DNA from: Octopus sinensis
Taxonomy: Eukaryota
Direction of reading: 5' to 3'
Assembly (NCBI RefSeq): GCF_006345805.1
Contig: NC_043008.1
Span: forward strand, 51,150,001 to 51,214,000
DNA: 64,000 nt
This document shows positions 1 to 11,700 of this stretch, in pieces. Under the pieces are notes generated by a model that was not told where the DNA came from, made no database searches, and was given only the letters and a program-made list of their open reading frames with translations. Position 1 is the first letter of the stretch. Every line of letters starts with the position of its first letter. The translations under genes and the position numbers were made by a program.

Positions 1-719
1 ATGTATGTATGTATGTATGTATGTATGTATGTATGTATGTATGTATGTATGTCAATATCGAACAATGAGAATGGGTGCTCAACATCGCATTGGTGGATAA
101 TTTTTTTTTATTTGTGTAATAAGGCTGTCGTTGTTTTCTTGTTAAGAAAAATATCAAAGTTTCACTGTCACTGAATTTTAGGTTTGCGCTATCAAGGCTA
201 GTTTGGTGAGCATTTACATTACGCAACTTTAGCTACTAAAATAAAATTGCTTAATCCTGAAGAACTGTTATAAATAGTCTGACCTCAAAACCAAAGCTTT
301 CATAATGAAAATAATTCCCGTACAGAGCAACACGTCCCGACAAGCAATGACTATTGATTAACTATATATTTATAAATAGAGTAAAAAAAAAAAAAACTAT
401 GACCTTTTTCTTCGTCAAGGCTGTCCCGAACGGTTAATCAGCTATGTTGATCTTTTTCGTATTTGTTTTGAAGGTGGTGGGTGGCGTCTGTATTAATTAT
501 TGCGGCTTCAGTGAATATCTATTAATTATCTTATCGACTCCTGGATAACTGAAATGCAAAGAGAATTCAGAAAGGGTTTGAACGCAGAATATAGTAAAGA
601 CCGTAACTAGATGATACTTGACAATAGAATCGTATGCATTCTTGTTTGTTATGCAAGAAAGCAAGGTTTGTTTACTTATGATACATGTGGTCTGTCCCAC
701 ACATTGACGGTATAATGTG

Positions 720-952
720 AAGGCGGCGAGCGGGCAGAAACGTTAGCACGCCGGGCGAAATACGTAGCCGTATTTCGTCTGCCGCTACGTGCTGAGTTCA
801 AATTCCGCTGAGGTCGACTTTGCCTTTCATCCTTTCGGGGTCGATAAATTAAGTACCAGTTACGCATTGGGGTCGATATAATCGACTTAATCCATTTGTC
901 TGTCCTTGTTTGTCCTCTCTGTGTTTAGGCCCTTGTGGGAAGTAAAGAAATA
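720..952 (+). mobile_element. Full-length tRNA-derived SINE, family A (Nin-domain, octopus OK-like), tail type 1, with a 15-bp TSD
   Basis: Head AAGGCGGCGAG..GGCAGAAACGTTAGCACGCCGGGCG, B-box-like GAGTTCAAATTCC, Nin-like core GACTTTGCCTTTCATCCTTTCGGGGTCGATAAATTAAGTACC, tail ...AGTAAAGAAATA. Direct repeat GGTATAATGTGAAGG at 709-723 and 953-967. Confidence 0.9.
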
Positions 953-1284
953 GGTATAATGTGAAGGTCAAGGCTGCACAGAGCCTTGCGGAGGAGAAAA
1001 AGACTACAGCAACCCATACGTTCTCAAAGGTTTATGTCAATAATTGTCCTTCATTGCATTGTGTTTGTTTTCTTTTATTTGGTGCAATCATTCAACTGTG
1101 GCCATGCTGGGGCATCGCCTGGAGTTTATTCTGTTGGTAACATTTGCCGAACCGCTAGTTGAGGAGACATAAAAAACACACACACGCACGCAAAGACACA
1201 CACACACACACGTACACACACACATACATACACACACTTGCCCATTTCAAGGCCATCCAAGGTGATGACAGTGTCGACCCAAAA

Positions 1285-1530
1285 CCTTCATCCTCCTCTG
1301 TCTCCAGAACATCGTTTCTTATAGGAGCGGATGTGGCTAATACGACAGATGCAAGGAAGGCAAATCCTGTGGAACGTTCAGAATGACCCCGTTCAGAATG
1401 AACCCGTACAACAGTTGCAGAGTGTTTATGACGACGTATCCGCCTCCCTTCATGCAGTCTCCCGCGTACAGTTTCAAAGTGCTCTACACCAGCATCACAC
1501 GGACTGTTATGCCTTCTGATTAACAGCTTG
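1285..1530 (-). mobile_element. RTE-clade LINE ORF2 C-terminal remnant
   Basis: Minus-strand translation gives CDAGVEHFETVRGRLHEGRRIRRHK and, after a frameshift, FHRICLPCICRISHIRSYKKR. This resembles the RTE ORF2 tail (G...FE..R....E.RR.RK followed by a C..C.R.C.SRIGL.SH.R.H zinc finger). Confidence 0.6.
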
Positions 1531-2254
1531 GAGGTTCGAACCGAGTTGAATGCACAGCACATAAAATGAGAAACAGCTTAAGGGGATCATGAAAACGAAG
1601 TGGTGGACACATTCACAGACATACACAAACACACAGAAACACACACAAATACACACACAAACACACACACACAAACACAAATACACACACAGACACATAC
1701 ACACGCAAATACACACATGTACACACACACAAAGACACATGCACACAAATACACGCACACTCAGACATATTCACAAACACAGACATATTCACAAACACAC
1801 ACACAAGCACACACGCAAACACACACATGCACACGCACAGACATATTCACTAACACACACACACGCACACAAGCACACACGCAAACACACACACACATGC
1901 ACACGCACAGACACAAACACACGCTCACATTATATGTTATGTATAAAATTAGATATAAACTGCTATTGCTGAGCTTTGTGTAGATCATCATCGTCCAGTC
2001 TGCTTCCAGTATAGTGTTTAGGTTACCACTATGCTTAAAGCCAAATTTGTATCATTTGTTCCTACGTACGTTTCACCATTGTGGCTCTTTGGAGCTCTAC
2101 ACTGAATGTTCCTATGATATAAGTCCTATCACAGAATGTAATAAAGTGTTCCTCTGCCTATCCGGTGTGGTCGAGCATCTTGTTTCTTTTGGAACCTCCA
2201 TTGCAAAGTTCCAAACAACCACATCGTAATTTTACATGTTCATGTGTGTGTGTA

Positions 2255-2293
<39 letters not shown>

Positions 2294-3275
2294 AACGGGT
2301 TTCCTTGGAACAAATTTACTCTTGGTCAGCCGGGGGTTATAAATGAAGACTCCCGTTCATGATGCTGTGCAATGAAATTGAACCTGAGTCCATTTGATTG
2401 CAAAGCGAGCTTCTTAATCATACTCACAAGACTACGCCTGTCAATAAGTAAACATAATGGACATTTCTCCCCATTGTTTGAAGCAGAATTAATTAACAGA
2501 AAACATTAATTAGTCATAAGGTAACGTGTACCTGTCACGGAAAGGATGTACCACTAATATTAAATCATCTAAGGAAATCGATTTGCAGAATTGTTAAGCT
2601 GTTGAATATACGGCTTGCGGTAATTGTCCCGGCTGTGTACCGCACGACCTCTTAGAAATAGCAGCTAAATCATGGTAATGTGATACCTCAACCCTTTTGC
2701 CAGTCCTGTGTATTGCATATAATATGCCGGGCGTATTTCTTTAAAGTCAATACATCATGTGTATTATACACAAGTACAATTTGTTATTTAAACATTAGAT
2801 GGGGTTGAGACTTATGAAAAGAAAGCTTTATATAAACTAGAACGTATTATAAAAACAAAAGGGCAACCGTGGATGTTTAGGACAACCTTATGAAAATGCT
2901 TTGGAGATTAATTGGCTTTATTGAGGAAACGAAGCATTGGATAATGTACAGATTAACGGAATTGTTGAATAGAAAGGACGGGCATATTTAGAATGGCTTT
3001 GGGTTTTGCTACGCAGTGACAATACCAGATACACTTGCTTTTATTCACTCATAAGTGTAAGCAAAGGTTTAGGTAAAGGTATACACACACACACTCACAC
3101 TCACACACACACATACACAGGTAATTTAATGCGAGGATATAATAACTTCTTGAAGAGATGATTACATCCAAGATTACATGGTTTTATACCTTATATGATT
3201 GGGAAAGAATATCCCTAAAGTAAATAGATATATATTAACCATTAACTCTGCATTTTCTTCTCTTGATTATATATA

Positions 3276-3326
<51 letters not shown>

Positions 3327-3333
3327 GGAGAGA

Positions 3334-3377
<44 letters not shown>

Positions 3378-3379
3378 TT

Positions 3380-3510
3380 CACACAAAAAAAAACAGAAGA
3401 CGAAGACAGGTGGTGTAGACAACAAACGGATGTATTAGTATAACACTCGAGAAGTGAAAAAGTCTTTAACGTTTCAAGCCTACGCTCTTCCACAGAAAGA
3501 AACAAGGAGA
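3380..3510 (-). mobile_element. Short dispersed repeat (Penelope-like terminal fragment) containing a minimal hammerhead-like motif at 3463-3500
   Basis: Same sequence family as 12235-12380 in the opposite orientation, embedded in (TA)/(GA) tracts. Minus strand reads TCTTT CTGTGGA A GAGC GTAG GCTT GAAAC GTT AAAGA. Confidence 0.55.
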
Positions 3511-3554
3511 TAATATATATATATATATATGTCACGATTGGACTATCGGATGTG

Positions 3555-3741
3555 GTTCTACACCACTGGTCACAGTGCACTTCATCTTAGTCGCAGGTTT
3601 ATCCATTTGCAGCTGTGTAAACTGTAGCAACGCGAGATGAAGCATTTTGTTCAACAGCACAACTTACAGCCAGTCTTGGAATTGAAACCACGAACTTGCG
3701 AACGCGATTGCGACCCCCAAAACACAAGGGCATGCACCTTC
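3555..3741 (-). mobile_element. Degenerate family C (CORE-type) tRNA-derived SINE
   Basis: The reverse complement aligns by eye to 6059-6295 (GAAGGTGCATG head, GGTTTCAATTCC B-box, AAAATGCTTCATCTCGCGTTGCT core). Confidence 0.6.
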
Positions 3742-4084
3742 TCCCTATCTTCCACCCTCCCTTCTTCCCTCCTCCTCCCCCTTTTCTCTCTCTCTCTCTC
3801 TCTCTCTCTTACACACACATGTTCATATACACGTATGTGTGTATGTGTGCGTACTTTATGTGTATATGTTTACTTAGTAGCTTAACCATGATTATGTAAC
3901 GACTTAATGTCCGCATGAACAACGCAAAGCATTGTTACAGCTCTTACATTCCATAATCAATATTTTACAGTTTCAGTTCGTTTTGAACCAGTTATTAATT
4001 ATCAAAATATTTATATAATATTTATATAACAGTACAGAGATTAAGCTTATGCTGCTAGAAATAACAGCTCAATCTCTTCACTTT

Positions 4085-4440
4085 CAGAATATAGAGTTTA
4101 TACCCAATGTAAGATTCCAATTGTGTATAAATTCTATATTTTAAATTCTGTTGGATTTTACTTATAGGGTATTGGAATCTTACTTATATACCATTCTGCC
4201 TAAAAAAATGGATCTAAAACTTCAATATCGCTAAATATTTTACATGTATTTTCTTTCCTCCACCTCACTCTCTATTTTGTATCCTATCTAAACTAACTAT
4301 GACTTAACCATCCTCTCACACCCTCTCCGATGAAGTGATATAATAAATATCCTGGAAACAGCTGTAAGATCTTCTATTTATAAATGTTCTAATATCTACA
4401 CAGCCTTGTTTTTTTTTATCTCATTACGAAAAAGATTCTT
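4085..4440 (+). mobile_element. Penelope-like element terminal (pLTR-like) fragment with a minimal hammerhead-like motif at 4324-4369
   Basis: TCT CCGATGA AGTGATA taataaa TATCCTG GAAAC AGCT GTA AGA gives a hammerhead core order with a palindromic helix III. Upstream there are short inverted duplications (4087-4103/4125-4141 and 4109-4121/4171-4183), as often seen at Penelope ends. Confidence 0.5.
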
Positions 4441-4572
4441 ATATACATACACACGCTGACATATGAGCAACGTTGAACCCCTTATTCGCAAAATTACTGA
4501 ACCTGGAACTTGACTATGGTCTGTCTATAGCACTTATTCAGCATTACCTGACACCATTACCTCTTATAACCT

Positions 4573-4615
<43 letters not shown>

Positions 4616-4618
<3 letters not shown>

Positions 4619-4860
4619 GTGCGATAGGTAAATTGTCGGCATTTTATATTTTCCATTTCGTGGATTCGCATTGTTTGTTTTTGATTTTGTCAACTACACA
4701 GTAGAGTAGGGTCAGTTGGGCACTGTCTGTGAGAAAAACAGTACCACGAAAGCAATTCACTCTGCCAGAAATTTGGAAATGACATGCTGTACTGCTTGGC
4801 ATTCGTACCCGAAGCTTCAATATGATTATATCAGTCTGTTTAGATGTCAATCTGAGGACA
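4616..4860 (+). mobile_element. 5' end fragment of a maT (DD37D) Tc1/mariner element
   Basis: Begins TA|CAGGTGCGATAGGTAAATTGTC in a (TA)n tract. Its reverse complement matches the 46585-46819 end of the larger element. Confidence 0.75.
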
Positions 4861-4954
4861 TGGACCGCGAGTGATAGAAATCAAACATCTAGTCAACATC
4901 AAATAGATCGCAACGTTATGTCTCTATTCATTTTCCCACACGGCCTCAGACTCA

Positions 4955-5425
<471 letters not shown>

Positions 5426-5985
5426 TTATCATAGTTTATTAATATGCTACCAAAAACGATATTTGCACGAGGTTTTTCAAATGCTTTCACAAAAATCAAA
5501 AAAAAAAATCAAACGAAAAATATTTTTAGGTTAATGTACAAAATTTCCTCTTTTAGTTTTTTCTTCACTTCTCAGCTTATAAGTAAATTATCATTATCAA
5601 TAAAAAAAAAATCACATTTCAAAATCGCAGAATGACATTTTGTACTTTAATAGAAACTTTATACCTGATACGTTATATATTTATTTATTAGCTTATTTTT
5701 ATTAAACGATAAAATTTATTCAATTTCCGGACAAACAACAGATACCAAGAGGACTGCGAAAACTTCAAAAGATATATATTGGAAATATTTATTTTGCGCT
5801 TATTTTTTTTATCGGGATTATATGTTTTCGTTGGAGCTGTTTCATATTTGTTTTTCATTTTGAATATTGCTCGTGTAGTTTATTAAACTGGTTTATAATT
5901 TATTTTGGTGTAAAAGTTCACAACTCCAGCAGGCATCACATCTTTATGATTACTTACATATCAATTTTTCACGAAATAATGCTGA

Positions 5986-6019
<34 letters not shown>

Positions 6020-6020
6020 A

Positions 6021-6058
<38 letters not shown>

Positions 6059-6060
<2 letters not shown>

Positions 6061-6299
6061 GGCGCGTGGCTTAGTGGTTAGGGTGTCAGCACCTTGATCG
6101 TAAGATTGTGGTTTCGATTCCTGGACCGGGCGACGCGTTGTGTTCTTGAGCAAAACACTTCATTTCACGTTGCTCCAGTCCACTCAGCTGGCAAAAATGA
6201 GTAACGCTGCGATGAACTGACGTCCTGTCCAGCTGGGAAACACATACGCCATAGAAACCGGGCCCATGAGCCTGGCTAGGCTTTGAAAGGGCTAAAAAA
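6059..6299 (+). mobile_element. Full-length tRNA-derived SINE, family C (CORE-SINE-like)
   Basis: A-box TGGCTTAGTGG, B-box GGTTTCGATTCC, CORE-like TGTGTTCTTGAGCAAAACACTTCATTTCACGTTGCTCCAGTCCACTCAGCTG, and an A-rich end. Confidence 0.85.
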
Positions 6300-6332
<33 letters not shown>

Positions 6333-6984
6333 TGTATGTAGGGTATGTATGTATGTTTGTATGTATGTATGTATGTGTGTGTGTGTATGCATGCATGCAT
6401 GTATGTATGTATATATGTATATATGAACACATACACACATATATTATATATATAGTCAATTAAATAAACAATCACTACAAAAAAAAAATGAATTTTAAAA
6501 TTAAGGGACAACGAGAGGCCAAAAAGAGGGCGTGGTTTTAAGTATTACGTGCAAAAGACACAGGTATCATCAGAATACTTAGCTCCCTACAAATGAATTT
6601 CACCCAAGGGAATTCAGATTATCAGACAGCTAACTCAGCATCGTCGAAACCACCGGAAGCCCACCGTTTATTCAGGTTGAAGAATCGGAAAAGTTGTTAG
6701 CTGCACCCTTAACCTGTACAGGCATTTGCTAACAATATAATAGATGACATCTAAGAGAAGTCGCATATATGCCAGCTCAGTCTGCTAGAAATAACAGCCA
6801 AATATTCCATATACCAAAATCCACAGTTATGAAAGAAAGAAGGGCAATGTAATCTTAGGAATACAAAATGAAAATGTCTTCCAACAGAGGTTTGTTGGAT
6901 TCATTAGCACTAAAGAGTTCCATAGGTGGCCAACCCACCTCACTTTAACATATATTTCCGGAACTACATCATTAAATATGTTAC

Positions 6985-7175
6985 CACGCCGGACAAAATG
7001 TTAGAAGGTATTCGGCTGTCTTTACGTTCTGAGTTCAAATTCCGCTGAAGTCGACTTTGCCTTTCATCGTTTCGGGGTCGATGAAATAAGGTCCAGCTTT
7101 GCACTGTGGTCGCTGTCATCAACTAGACTTTTTACCCATAATTCCAGGCCATGTGCATATTGCAGAAAGGATAAT
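6985..7175 (+). mobile_element. Family A SINE, tail type 2
   Basis: TTCTGAGTTCAAATTCCGCTGAAGTCGACTTTGCCTTTCATC core and a CAGGCCATGTGC..GAAAGGAT tail. Confidence 0.8.
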
Positions 7176-7434
7176 TAAATATGCTCGTTTTTTTAAAGAG
7201 CAGACATGTGAGTTCATAAGTAGATCTGGTTCTTGTCGAGATGGAACACAGGTGACGTCTTGGTGGCTTGTCTTTACAATCAAATGCCAAGACACACAGA
7301 CATGCATACACAAATGTATAAAGACTGAAACATGCCTACGCACCTGTATATACAAACGTTTGTTATATATGATTGTTTGTCATCATGTGTATGTGTATAT
7401 ACGTACACGCGTACATACATACATAGATACGTAC

Positions 7435-7467
<33 letters not shown>

Positions 7468-8231
7468 ATATATTTGTATGTATATGTATGTATGTATTTA
7501 TACATGTGTGTGTGTATATATACATACCTCATCCAGAAATTTAAAATTAGTTTTATATATGTAAACATATGTATGTGTTTTTGCATATGTATATATATAT
7601 ATATATATATATACAAAAAACACACACACATTTGTATATATATACATAAGCACACACATATATATACATATATATAACTACTTTTAAATCTCTGGATGAG
7701 ATCTATACAGGCAAATATGAACACACACAGAGATACATATAGTCACGCAGCGTTAGTATTCGACTGAGTGTACGCATCGTTGAATATTTAATTGGAAGAA
7801 AAAAAGTACATTATATAAAACAAATTCCCAAACCTAATGAATTATAAATACATACTTATATATATGCATGCATGTTTGTACGTATGTATGTATACATATT
7901 TAAACCATTTGTATAACACTACCAATAAACAAAATGGCCGCCATCTGAGAAATGTTGCGGAGAATAATGACGGCCCTATCATTTCTGTTGTGATCATTTA
8001 AATATAATTATATTACGTTGTAATTATCGATCGATGTTTTGTTTAAAATTTTTAAGACTTCCTTCCTGTTAATTAATCTTTATTCATTAATTCCACTCAA
8101 CATTCATCACCACAATTGCCTTTCGCTTTTGAATCACATCTACCCCCCCTCTTTCTTCTACTCTTTCTTTTCCTATTTCTCACTCCCACTTCTCTGACCC
8201 TCTGTCTGTCTGTTTGTCTGTCACTCTCACC

Positions 8232-8262
<31 letters not shown>

Positions 8263-8398
8263 TCTCTCTTTCCACGTCTGAAACTAACATTTTGCTGCAA
8301 TTCTTCATGAGATGTGCGCAATTTGTTAATCCTATTGACCTTAATTTATCCAATCGTAATACATAGATATTGGCACACAGTTGCATTTCAAAGTACAT

Positions 8399-8448
<50 letters not shown>

Positions 8449-8528
8449 TCTGTGTGTGTGTGTGTTTGTTGGCGCATGTGTGTATATATAAGTATGTATG
8501 TTACGTGAAAAAATATATATATACACAT

Positions 8529-8680
8529 AGGCGCAGGCAAAACTGTCTGGTAAGAAGTTTGCTTCCCACCCACATGGTTCCTGGTTCAGTCGCACTGCGG
8601 GGCACCTTGGGTAAGTGCCTTCTACTATTACTTTGTGGTTGGATTTGGTAAACGGAAACTGGAAGAAGCACCTTATATAT
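8529..8680 (+). mobile_element. 5' half of a family B SINE, running into a long (TA)n tract
   Basis: GGCGCAGG..GGTAAGAAGTTTGCTTCCCACCCACATGGTTCCTGGTTCAGTC matches the head of 61419-61841. Confidence 0.8.
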
Positions 8681-8740
8681 GTATATATATATACATACAT
8701 ATATATATATATATATACACATACATTTACATATATATAT

Positions 8741-8779
<39 letters not shown>

Positions 8780-8822
8780 TACCACACACACACACACATA
8801 TATATACATATATATTATATAT

Positions 8823-8893
<71 letters not shown>

Positions 8894-9179
8894 TATTAAC
8901 GGTCATTTTCATAGCATATTTTGATTGCCGCGATAACTGACGAGATGCCGGAGTAGATTTCCGCCCCGACATATATATATATATATATATATAGATGGCC
9001 CTTAATTCATGCAAGCGCGCTACTTAAATTTCATAGAAGGCATTAATTTACAGTACAAATTCAGTTGCCATTTCCTCAGACAGTAAATACACTACGAAAT
9101 GTGAAAAGACCAAATACTGTTAAAAGTCTTGAAAATTATGGAAAATTGAAAAGTGGTCACACTTTGTCCTTTATATTCG

Positions 9180-9567
9180 TTTCTACTCTAGGTGCAAGGC
9201 CGAAATTTTGAGGGAGGGGGCAGTCGTTTAGATCGACCCCAGTATGCAACCAGTACTAAATTTATCGACTCCGAAAGGATAAAAGGTAAAGTCGACGTCG
9301 GTGGAACTCAGAACGAATAGACATACAAAATACCTATTTCTTTATTACCCACAAGGGGCTAAACACAGAGGGGACAAACAAGGACAGACATAGGTATTAA
9401 GTCGATTACATCGACCCCAGTGCGTAACTGGTACTTAATTTATCGACCCCGAAAGGATGAAAGGCAAAGTTGACCTCGGCGGAATTTGAACTCAGAACGT
9501 AACGGCAGACGAAATACCACTAAGCATTTCGCCCGGCGTGCTAACGTTTCTGCCAGCTCGCCGCCTT
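9180..9567 (-). mobile_element. Family A SINE dimer: full-length tail-1 copy (9335-9567) fused to a headless tail-2 copy (9180-9334)
   Basis: Minus-strand junction ...AAAGAAATA|GGTATTTTGTATGTC. Both halves carry the Nin-like core. Confidence 0.85.
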
Positions 9568-9923
9568 AATTTGTCCTTTTCATTGACCGTTCATTTCTGT
9601 AATAAAATATCTTGGAAAAGACAAACTGCATAAAAAGTGTTTAATTATTTTGTCAGATGTAATGAGCTGCTTCATTATATCTTTTATCCTTTGTCTTTTA
9701 CTTGTTTCAGCCATTAGACTGCGGCCATGTTGGGGCACCGCCTTGATGGATTTTTTATTCGAATGAATCGGTGCCTGTGCTTTTGCCCGAACGCTAAGTT
9801 ACGGTGAGGTGAGCACACTAGCACCTGCTGTCAAACGGTAGTGTGGGGACAAACTCTGTAACACACACACACACGCACACACACAAACATAGACACACAC
9901 ACACACATACATGCATGTATGTA

Positions 9924-10005
9924 TGTAACGTAGTCGAGCGGTCTAAGGCGCTGGTTTAAGGCATCAGTGCCTTCGGATGCGTGGGTCCGAATCCCACCGC
10001 TGTCA
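9924..10005 (+). pseudogene. tRNA-Leu(AAG) pseudogene or degenerate tRNA gene
   Basis: TGTAACGTAGTCGAGCGGTCTAAGGCGCTGGTTTAAGGCATCAGTGCCTTCGGATGCGTGGGTCCGAATCCCACCGCTGTCA is a eukaryotic Leu tRNA scaffold with a long variable arm and anticodon loop TTAAGGC (AAG). The 5' acceptor strand is mismatched and the T-loop reads GTCCGA instead of GTTCGA. A T5 terminator follows at 10010-10014. Confidence 0.85.
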
Positions 10006-11379
10006 ATAGTTTTTACTGGCTGCAGCCTAACAGCTGACACGTATAATATTATAAATATAATATATATATATATATATACAAAATGATTGCAGAAGAACAT
10101 ATGAAAGCAAGAATGGAGATGGAACTGAAATACCTAACCGAGCTTTTACCGTCTCGATCATTGAAGAATGACCAAATTACAGCTGGATGAAATCATTTAT
10201 CGCCGATACAAGGAATTTGCGAAAATAACAAAAGCCAGAAAGAGGGAACTTATTGAAAAATAAATTTTAAACACCATAGCCATTTTGTTGTTTATTCATC
10301 AGCAACGAAACTACGAGACGAATGACCAAATTCCTTATTGGCACGTGTTTCGTCCACATGCTGACCATCGTAAGTAATCACTAGATTTGCATGTAAATGA
10401 TTGAATGTATCACGTGTTTTGCACACGACGAGGAAACATATGAACGCGTAATGCATTTTCTTAAGAACTTTTGCCGCTCGTTTTGCAGTCACGTGTTTTC
10501 GGATTCATTTCAGTCCGACAACGCGGCAGCTTGGGCAAATGTCTTCTATGGTAGTCGACCCCCGGCCGACATATCTTGTACATAGATGGAATCTATGTAC
10601 AAGCCACTTACATATATATGTGTGTGTGTTTTGTGTGTTTTGTGTGTGTGTGTGTGTGTTTTTTGTGTGTGTGTGTTTGTGTGTGTGTACGTGTGTGTGC
10701 ACGTGTGTGTGTGTGTGTGTGTGCGCGTTTGTGTCTCTGCTGCCGCCCCTCACTTGGCAGACGGTTTTCATTTGTTTACCTCTTCGTAACTTCGCAATTC
10801 GGACATAAAGTAGGTGTCGGATTAAAAATAAGTGCTGGGGTCAATTTGCTCGATTAAAACCCTTCAAGGTGATGCCGAAACACTTCAATGACTGAAATAA
10901 CTCAAAGATAAGATGATATAAAGAGAAAATTGCTAATTACACTAATTATACTAAGCAACAAATTTCAAATTTTTTGTTTTTTTCTTTTTTACAGACGCGT
11001 AAATTACTAATTCTGACTAAGTTTCTGATGCTAATTTCATATCTGTTATCTAAATGTCCCTTTCACGTCCAGATCTTGCGTAACCGAAAACCCTTATTTT
11101 TAATTTACTTTATCCCCCGCCTCTATTACGAAGGTCGTCTAGGGTATTTTTCTGGGCCACGTTTTATGTTAAGCATACTTGAATAAGTAATGAACAGGTT
11201 TAAGACAAAGAGAGGAATTCTGATGGCGGAGTTACACCCCCGCCCCTCCTCCTGTGCCTAACCATTCACCCAAACCTCATTAGTATTTTGTCGTTGCTAC
11301 TGAAAGCAACTTCCTGTTCTTAAGTGAAACTTTGGCGTTTCCTCTTCCTTTGTCTGTTGTAGGATGAAGAGCTCTCCAT

Positions 11380-11700
11380 CTGCAGGAACCAAACAATAAT
11401 CTCCCATCATATGTGGGTCGAAATTACCTTGGTATCTGCTCTCCATAACTGAGATCTGTTGGTGAAAGCGCTAACCATGCTCGTCACTCACAGCTTCAAT
11501 GTTCACCGAGAAGACGTCAAGATGAGAATGTAAAAAATGCATTTTCAAAGACATTCTGCATCTCATTTTTTCGTAAGATTTAAGCATGTTTTCTACGAGT
11601 TCAGGGCGGTTTTCAGCTTTGAGGTTTCCAAGAAAATTTTTTGACAACCTCAACAAAAAATATCCATGCTTCAAGGCTACGTTTGCTCATTTTTCTAAGT
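11380..11700 (-). mobile_element. DNA transposase C-terminal remnant, Chapaev3-like (CMC superfamily)
   Basis: KNFLGNLKAENRPELVENMLKSYEKMRCRMSLKMHFLHSHLDVFSVNIEAVSDEHG*RFHQQISVMESRYQGNFDPHMMGDYC carries the MSLKxHFLHSHLD..SDEHGERFHQ..RYQG motif. There is an in-frame TAG at the conserved E (11471-11473). The superfamily name is from recollection of this motif. Confidence 0.75.

Noticed and set aside
1155-1562. 135-aa minus-strand ORF ending near a GC-AG-type donor (G|GCAAGT), considered as a downstream nAChR exon
   Set aside because: No nAChR similarity; better explained as a frameshifted RTE ORF2 C-terminus.
2689-3071. Possible old MITE with AACCCTTTTGC / GCAAAGGTTT ends
   Set aside because: The terminal match is short and imperfect with no clear TSD, so it cannot be supported by eye.
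6059-6135. tRNA-like sequence (also at about 20660-20737, 53610-53689 and the heads of families A and B)
   Set aside because: A and B boxes are present but there is no full cloverleaf, and each continues into a shared repeat body. These are SINE heads, not tRNA genes.
7210-7245. DKNQI-like peptide on the minus strand, considered as nAChR exon 2
   Set aside because: Followed by YL and a stop, with no TTNVW motif and no acceptor.
8930-8972. CTGACGA plus a stem-loop in a (TA)n island, considered as a hammerhead
   Set aside because: No GAAA box or cleavage triplet follows before the TA tract resumes.
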